From contig JADEYG010000009.1 of NCBI GenBank assembly GCA_016906335.1, positions 1,612,001-1,653,258 of the forward strand: DNA of 41,258 nucleotides, in the 5' to 3' direction. The DNA is from Novakomyces olei (lineage: Eukaryota). Positions 34,920-41,258 of the stretch are shown here, one piece after another (positions within the stretch are counted from its first letter, which is position 1; each line of letters opens with the position of its first letter). The notes below the pieces were generated by a model, which ran no database searches, had not been told where the DNA came from, and saw only the letters and a program-made list of their open reading frames with translations. The position numbers and the translations under genes were made by a program.

Positions 34920-35846
34920 ATGGAGTATGTCAAGATTGAGCAATTTGGGGGCTTGCATCTGGTGGTGTGTAGAATTTGTTGTGTCTGCCTCAAAGCCGGC
35001 ATTGGAAATAATGCGGTAGAAAGGCATTACAGACATACACATAGACTCAGGTCTGGGTCCCTTAAGCTTGTTGTTTCTTATGTTACTGCTAATTCACAGG
35101 TGGTTTCCCCAGTGACAACGATTTTAAAGCACACTCCGAGTCTGAGCGAAGTGTGTGAAAGAATTCCTTTTTTGAAAGTTCAAGAGGGTTACTATTGCAA
35201 AATATGTCTTAAAGTTGCTTCAACATCTCGAAAATGTCTACAGCAGCACGTCTCTGCTTGCCATCGCGATGGACTGGGTAAGCACGAAATACAAAGTGCC
35301 TTACTTCAGTCGTTTTTCTCTGAAAAACAGTTTATTCGTTATTTTCGCGTATATAAACCACAAGCGGAAATCCCCACTGCTGCTGCTCTAGATTTCATTT
35401 TGAAAACTCAGTCAACTCTACCAGCAAATTTGATGAATTACAATTCAGATGACAGAGATACACCCCCGTGGGTGCTAAAATTTGGTTTTCATAAAGTGCA
35501 CATAAAAACTACAGGCGGGAATATCTTGAACAGTTGGGACGAATCGTATAATGTACTTATACGTCAAGAAGTTGGTTTTATGTACGAAGAGATTTTTGCG
35601 ATGTGCGACGAGTCAGGAGGGAAAATGACCTCGGCTATGGCAACCAAACTGAGCAGTTTTGTGCCAGATCAGTCAGGCCGAGTTCATTATTTTCGGCGAA
35701 CAATTCAAAGTTCTACCCGGCAACGCTATTTTTCGTATTGGGCCGGTGCAGTTGAGTATTACTTTAAGTATTGTTCTCACGAATTAAGTGAATGCAGAAA
35801 CCTAAATGTGAATGGATGCATACTTGCTTTGAAGCCGGAATATTGA
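34920..35846 (+). CDS. N-terminal ORF of telomere-linked helicase (DUF3505/OrsD-like zinc-finger region)
   Basis: LVVCRICCVCL..HYRHTH, IPFLKVQEGYYCKIC..HVSACH, LQSFF..RYFRV, PPWV, STRQRY..YW. Overlaps the next ORF by 55 nt in a different frame. Confidence 0.75.
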   Translation: MEYVKIEQFGGLHLVVCRICCVCLKAGIGNNAVERHYRHTHRLRSGSLKLVVSYVTANSQVVSPVTTILKHTPSLSEVCERIPFLKVQEGYYCKICLKVASTSRKCLQQHVSACHRDGLGKHEIQSALLQSFFSEKQFIRYFRVYKPQAEIPTAAALDFILKTQSTLPANLMNYNSDDRDTPPWVLKFGFHKVHIKTTGGNILNSWDESYNVLIRQEVGFMYEEIFAMCDESGGKMTSAMATKLSSFVPDQSGRVHYFRRTIQSSTRQRYFSYWAGAVEYYFKYCSHELSECRNLNVNGCILALKPEY

Positions 35847-38800
35847 GTCTTGCTCGGTCCTTTATATTCAATATTAGCTTGAGTCTCATTCAGCAACCAA
35901 TTCACGAAAACGATTTTGATTCGCCCATTCTAAGATTCTGTGCGTCACGGGCATGCTTGGATGAAGGCGACCCATCTAAAGGATGGAAGAAACCGACCAG
36001 TTTCAATACAATACTATCTGGGTTGATTTATTGTGCGCAACTAGCTCTTTTCAAAGAAGCGCATCGTTTACCAGGAGATACGAGTTCAGGCTTAAATACT
36101 CTGGTGGAGCAATTTTTAAATCCGGGGAAGAGTACGTCAATCGGTATACTGTTGAATTGGAGAGTTTATCTTTTTCAATTCTCAAAATATTATATGAATA
36201 CTGACCAATGTATATGGAACACAAACAAAGATCAAGTGTCATACCATAAAACCTCTATTTTTATGTATGAAGTTACCCGGCTATACGTTTCATCTGTGAA
36301 GCAAGCTTTCAAAGTTTTGAGAACTGCTCTTATGTTTGACACCGAATTCAAATTTTTATGCACTAGACATTTATACGATTTTATTTACAATACAGAGTTT
36401 GGATGGTGGTTTGGTGTCGCACCCGAAAACCAGCGGTATTTACATCAGACGGAAAAATATTTGTATAAGCTTTTGACAGCGAATACGATTGTAACGGCTT
36501 TTTTTCATGACAGAATGGGAGATTGGGATCGATCAAAAGTACAAAGTTACTTGTATTCCGCAGATATGTTCCTTCGGTATGCATATACGTTGTTATCGAT
36601 TTCAGCCCCGCCACTGCGAGGGACAGAAACAACTACAATCTGGTACAAGAACGGTTCACGGAAACGCAATATTTTTATCAAGGATGGCAAAATGGTCATT
36701 GGGACGACGTATACTAAAACTCAAAATCTGACTGGAAGACCGCGAGCTATAAGCCGATTTTTGCCTGAAGATGTTGGTGATCTGCTGTTGAATTATATTG
36801 TGTATGTACAACCATTTTTATTCTACCTTGAAGGAATTGTAGGGTTGAGAAGAGACCAACCATCTTTATTCATGTCTAATGGTACTTTATGGGATGCCAG
36901 AAACTTATCAAGATATCTTGCACAATGTTGTTCACACGCTTGTGTGCCAAGTCTTTCAGTGTCTTCATGGCGACAAATATCGGCTTCAATCATTAATGTT
37001 AAATTTGCAAACCAAAACTTTGAGAAAGCACTGGGAGATATGGATGACAGCAGCGACGAAGACGATCTGGCTCATAGCGGTATTGCGGGAAACCTTATTC
37101 AGCTGTCGAATCACGCGACTTCTACGCACGATTCAGTTTACGGTAACAGTACGGGATTTGCAAATATACCAGATCTTGTATTGAATAACAGCCAAAAAGC
37201 ATGCGAAGCATGGATTACATTTTTTAAAATGGATAAGCGATATCTCAGTCAAAAAATTGATACTAACGCGCCAGCCGCACTTCTTGACAAGGTAGGCTTA
37301 CCAGGTCAACACAAATTCACAATGGAGGATGCTTTGAGAACAGCTAGGCGATTATTTGGAAATCATTACCAATTTCGCTCCAACATTCAAGGCGAAGCTA
37401 TTATGGGCCTTGTTAAGAAAATCCCAGAAGTAGTACTTGTTTTTCCAACCGGATATGGAAAGACTAGTGTTATACAAGTGGCCGCTAGCACGCATGGTGC
37501 AGTGTGTACCGTGGTTATCGTTCCTTTTGTTGCTTTGATGCTTGATATGGAACGTCATTGCAAATCCATTGGCATAAACACAGGGGTTTGGACTGCACAG
37601 GACAATCTTGACAAGTACTACAGCATTACACTTATGTCTATTGAGATCGCAATTTCAGGCTCTGGGCAACAATACCTAACAAATTTATATCAACGCGGTA
37701 TTATTGACCGGCTCGTTTTTGATGAATGTCATTTAAGTCTAACGGCGTCATACAGAGCCACATTAAAAAAGCTCCCTGATTTGAGAATGAATAACGTACC
37801 TATTGTATTAATGTCTGCAACTTTGCCGCCATCTATACGAGCAAGGTTTGCTGAGCATTTTTTGCTAGAGGACGCAACTTATTACACCGTGCCAAGCCGG
37901 CGAGAGAATATAAGTTACAGCGTTAAAAGATGCAAAAACATTATTTTGGCCGCCTCTAGCACACTCAAGAACGCTACATTAAATGAAAGAAACCGTGCAA
38001 TGTGTATTACACGAAGCCGAAAAGATGCGGAGGCTATTTCTGAGCGCTGCGGCGCACACTGTTTAACAGCACGATTGAGTAAGGATACTAAAGAACAGAC
38101 GCTAATGAACTGGGTTAATGGGGAACAAAGCAAAATTTTAGTAGGAACAACAGCAATTGGGACCGGAATAAATATGGAGCACGTCCGCTTGGTTATCCAT
38201 GCGGGGGTACCCTACGGCTTGATAGATTTCAGTCAGGAATCTGGGCGTGCAGGCAGAGATGGTGAACAGTCTGTGAGTATAATATTAGACGACAGAACAG
38301 AAGCCCAAGCGATCGAAAAACCATTGCTCACATATCTCGAGACAACAATTTGTCGACGGAAGACTCTTGATAATTTCTTTGACGGCATTGAAAACCCCCC
38401 AGCGTGTGCCCCTGATGAGTCACTTTGCGACATATGTCAAAATTCGCAAGAAATGTCAGATACAGTGGGCAGGGAGACTGCGAGAGAACGCGTATTGAAA
38501 CGAAAGCGGTCGGATATTTTAATTACAGAAAACATAGAAGAATTGATGATAAAATTAACCGGAAAATGTGTGCTTTGTTTACTCGCAGGACATCAAGAAA
38601 TAGAACATACGTTTTATCAGTGCAAAAATCAGCTTAAGTTTAAGTATATGGACGAGAAAAAAAAGGCGTTGAATCGAAGTCAGCGAGGATGGATCAAGTC
38701 TAGTAGCGTGTGTTACCGCTGCTGCTTACCACAAAATATATGCCAGGCAGCACTTAGTGCGGGCACGAAACCGTGTAAGTATACTGACAGAATCATGCCT

Positions 38801-38983
38801 GCATTGTTTGCTATTTTTGAATTGAAGTATGATAAGCTTACGTACGAAAACTGGATGGAAGAAGAGCTTCCTGCACGAGGGTCAGACTGTTTTATCTGGG
38901 GCGGAAAGGAGACGTCTGGTGCGGCAAGAATTCGAGCCGTCAGACTTGTTTATGATTATTTTAATGGCACTGAGAAAATATAA
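35792..38983 (+). CDS. Telomere-linked RecQ-family helicase (TLH), main ORF, with an upstream tyrosine-recombinase-like region
   Basis: FPTGYGKT (Walker A), VIVPFVALM, DECH, MSATLP, GTTAIGTGIN, QESGRAGRDG, RQC-type Zn site CRR..C..CDIC and C-terminal Cys clusters; lies 2.2 kb from the telomere and is transcribed toward it. Confidence 0.92.
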   Translation: MQKPKCEWMHTCFEAGILSLARSFIFNISLSLIQQPIHENDFDSPILRFCASRACLDEGDPSKGWKKPTSFNTILSGLIYCAQLALFKEAHRLPGDTSSGLNTLVEQFLNPGKSTSIGILLNWRVYLFQFSKYYMNTDQCIWNTNKDQVSYHKTSIFMYEVTRLYVSSVKQAFKVLRTALMFDTEFKFLCTRHLYDFIYNTEFGWWFGVAPENQRYLHQTEKYLYKLLTANTIVTAFFHDRMGDWDRSKVQSYLYSADMFLRYAYTLLSISAPPLRGTETTTIWYKNGSRKRNIFIKDGKMVIGTTYTKTQNLTGRPRAISRFLPEDVGDLLLNYIVYVQPFLFYLEGIVGLRRDQPSLFMSNGTLWDARNLSRYLAQCCSHACVPSLSVSSWRQISASIINVKFANQNFEKALGDMDDSSDEDDLAHSGIAGNLIQLSNHATSTHDSVYGNSTGFANIPDLVLNNSQKACEAWITFFKMDKRYLSQKIDTNAPAALLDKVGLPGQHKFTMEDALRTARRLFGNHYQFRSNIQGEAIMGLVKKIPEVVLVFPTGYGKTSVIQVAASTHGAVCTVVIVPFVALMLDMERHCKSIGINTGVWTAQDNLDKYYSITLMSIEIAISGSGQQYLTNLYQRGIIDRLVFDECHLSLTASYRATLKKLPDLRMNNVPIVLMSATLPPSIRARFAEHFLLEDATYYTVPSRRENISYSVKRCKNIILAASSTLKNATLNERNRAMCITRSRKDAEAISERCGAHCLTARLSKDTKEQTLMNWVNGEQSKILVGTTAIGTGINMEHVRLVIHAGVPYGLIDFSQESGRAGRDGEQSVSIILDDRTEAQAIEKPLLTYLETTICRRKTLDNFFDGIENPPACAPDESLCDICQNSQEMSDTVGRETARERVLKRKRSDILITENIEELMIKLTGKCVLCLLAGHQEIEHTFYQCKNQLKFKYMDEKKKALNRSQRGWIKSSSVCYRCCLPQNICQAALSAGTKPCKYTDRIMPALFAIFELKYDKLTYENWMEEELPARGSDCFIWGGKETSGAARIRAVRLVYDYFNGTEKI

Positions 38984-39440
38984 GCCAAATTAAACAGGCC
39001 ATAGCTGTTACAGGTGTTATAGATCTATATTTAATTCTAAATCTCCAGTTCTTTTGCAAAGCAAAGACGTGTACTGTACTCCGAACGTTTGCAGAATCGA
39101 AGAAAGAAACTAAATGTACACACATGTATATGAACTAGACGATCAAATCAGCAAAGAACTAGATTTCAAACAAATTATTTTAAGGATTGGTGAGTCCGTG
39201 CATTACGCTAACCTGTTGTATAAGAACGCTAGCTGCTATTACTATAGTTATTCCACCTTGCATTTCACGTCTTTTACAAAAATCCTCCCATTTCATTCGC
39301 TGAGCGCCCTTACATTTTAGGAAAGTCCTGTCCATGTTACGTGAATTACACGTACGCAACTTGCATTTCACGTAACCTGTAAATCTTATTGGACCGTGCC
39401 ATTTACTATTACTTGCTGCCGCTAAACTTACAAATACTGT

Positions 39441-41172
39441 CGGCGAGGGTAGGGTTATTGAATTTATAAATATAATTATTATACAAGATGGGCTGCACAT
39501 ATTATAGTTATCTGATAATATAATATAAATATTATAGAGAGGGCAACATAGTAATAGAAGTATAATAAGAAATACGTCAGAAAAATAAGAAAAATTAAGA
39601 GTGTGTAGTCCATGTGTAGAGGTGACAAAACGTCGAAAGAACAAGTGTTTTTACAAAAAGTGTATGGTTGGATAGAGGGGAGCAGTAGGAGTGGAAATAT
39701 ATATTTGTTTACAAGATTGGAATGGTAGTTATGGAGATATAAGGGTTTAAAGATTTATAAAAAGCTCATGACGGCGCAGGATGCATTTTATGTGGCATTA
39801 TAGTAATGTATAGTAGAATAATTTATTGCAAAGTAATGTATGTATAATAATGTATGTATAATAATGTATAGTATAATAATGTATAGTATAATAATGTATG
39901 GTATTATAATGTATTGTAAAGTAATGTATGTATAATAATATATGGAGGAATAATGTATAGAGGAATAATGTATGTATAATAGTATGGTATAATAATGTAT
40001 GGTATAATAATATATGGTAGAATAATGTATTGTAAAGTTATTGTAAAGTAATGTATGTATAATAATGTATGGAGGAATAATGTATGGAGGAATAATGTAT
40101 GTATAATAATGTGTGGTATAATAATATATGGTAAAATAATGTATTGTAAAGTGAATAATGTATGTATAATAATGTATGGTATAATAATGTATTGTAAAGT
40201 AATGTATGTATAATAATGTATGGAGGAATAATGTATGGAGGAATAATGTATGTATAATAATGTGTGGTATAATAATATATAGTAAAATAATGTATTGTAA
40301 AGTAATGTATGTATAATAATATATGGTAGAATAATGTATGGAGGAATAATGTATGGTAAAGTAATGTATGTATAATAATGTATGGTAGAATAATATATGG
40401 CATTATAATGTATGGTATAATATATGGCATTATAATGTATGGTATTATAATATATGGTAGAATAATGTATGGTAGAATAATGTATGGAGGAATAATGTAT
40501 GGAGGAATAATGTATGGATGAATAATGTATGGATGAATAATGTATAGAGGAATAATGTATGGTAAATTAATGTATGGGCATTAATGTATGGAGGAATAAT
40601 GTATGGATGAATAATGTATGGATGAATAATGTATAGAGGAATAATGTATGGTAAATTAATGTATGGGCATTAATGTATGGGGGCATAATGTATGAGATTT
40701 GTTCAGTTAGGGTTAGGGGTAATTATTGGGATAATGTATGTGGTATTATAATGTATGAGGAAGTTGTTTTATTAGGGTTAGGGTTGTTTATCAGGGAGTG
40801 GAGTAGAGAAATTTGTTGAGATTGTTGGATAAAGAAAAGGATGGAGAGAGTTGGAGTTGAGATGGGAAATAGAAGTAGAAAATGGGAATAGATTTATGTA
40901 GATTTTGGCAAAAAAAGGTTGAAAAAGGAGAGTAATTGAAAGAAAGATTGTGATAATATTGTATAGTATGATATAGAGTTGTATGTTAGATTATAAAGGG
41001 ATCAAGCAGGGTTAAGGATATAAAAGATAAAAAAAGGCAGAGAATGAGAATAATAATTGATTGAAGTGGTGTGGGGGGATGGTGAAAAGAGATGGGAGAT
41101 GAAGAAGAAAGAATTTGGAAGAGTTGAGGGAAGGAAATGGAAGTAGTTGGAGAAAGGAGGCAGGGTTAGGGT
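39441..41172 (+). repeat. Subtelomeric direct repeat, copy B, running directly into the telomere
   Basis: Homologous to 33075-34545; contains an expanded minisatellite and TTAGGG tracts at ~40707 and ~40772. Confidence 0.9.
39799..40760 (+). repeat. Minisatellite (ATAATGTATGG family), longer copy with higher-order internal duplications
   Basis: Same units as 33431-34126; block ~40010-40230 is near-identical to ~33625-33840. Confidence 0.95.
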
Positions 41173-41258
41173 TAGTTAGGGTTAGTTAGGGTTAGTTAGG
41201 GTTAGTTAGGGGTTAGTTAGGGTTAGTTAGGGTTAGTTAGGGTTAGTTAGGGTTAGTC
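41162..41258 (+). repeat. Telomere: (TTAGTTAGGG)n, 8 full units (one with an extra G) preceded by one TTAGGG
   Basis: Tandem G-rich 10-mer running to the end of the sequence, G-strand 5'->3' toward the end. Confidence 0.95.

Noticed and set aside
15166-38637. Numerous short antisense or overlapping ORFs in the six-frame track
   Set aside because: They overlap well-supported genes in other frames and show no family motifs.
33653-40430. Tyr/His/Ile-rich ORFs 33653-33916, 39180-39644 and 40038-40430
   Set aside because: Translations of the minisatellite/subtelomeric repeat; low complexity with no coding signal.
33431-40760. Repeat arrays as CRISPR
   Set aside because: Units abut with no unique spacers, no cas genes are present, and the context is a eukaryotic subtelomere.
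41253-41258. Final TTAGTC as a Yarrowia-type TTAGTCAGGG unit
   Set aside because: A single terminal base at the sequence end; more likely low-quality or adapter sequence.

Overview
This is the last ~41 kb of a fungal (ascomycete) chromosome arm, ending in a TTAGTTAGGG telomere. The genes carry short GT..AG introns with CTAAY branch points; host taxon is not determinable here. From left to right: (1) core-type genes (a divergent Sds3/Dep1-like gene and ATP12). (2) Accessory genes (NAD(P)H-binding reductase, Fen2/Liz1/Seo1-type MFS permease, SDR/epimerase). (3) A ~19 kb cluster (10.8-29.7 kb) encoding a Put3/PrnA-like Zn2Cys6 regulator, a peroxisomal sarcosine/pipecolate-oxidase-family flavoenzyme, P5C dehydrogenase, P5C reductase, a proline dehydrogenase with a Tyr->Cys change at the hydroxyproline-gating position, an aspartate aminotransferase, a DHDPS-family aldolase and an OPT transporter. 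Together these spell out an animal-type 4-hydroxyproline -> glyoxylate + pyruvate pathway, and four cluster intergenic regions share a CGG-N8-CCG motif. (4) A TpA-rich, RIP-like island with an LTR-like relic, a GC-rich intronless JmjC ORF and several hairpins. (5) A 6.4 kb subtelomeric unit bounded by direct repeats (minisatellite plus TTAGGG tracts). It encodes a telomere-linked RecQ helicase split over two overlapping ORFs, whose middle region carries a tyrosine-recombinase-like R-K-R-H-Y signature. All calls come from reading motifs by eye; no database searches were run.
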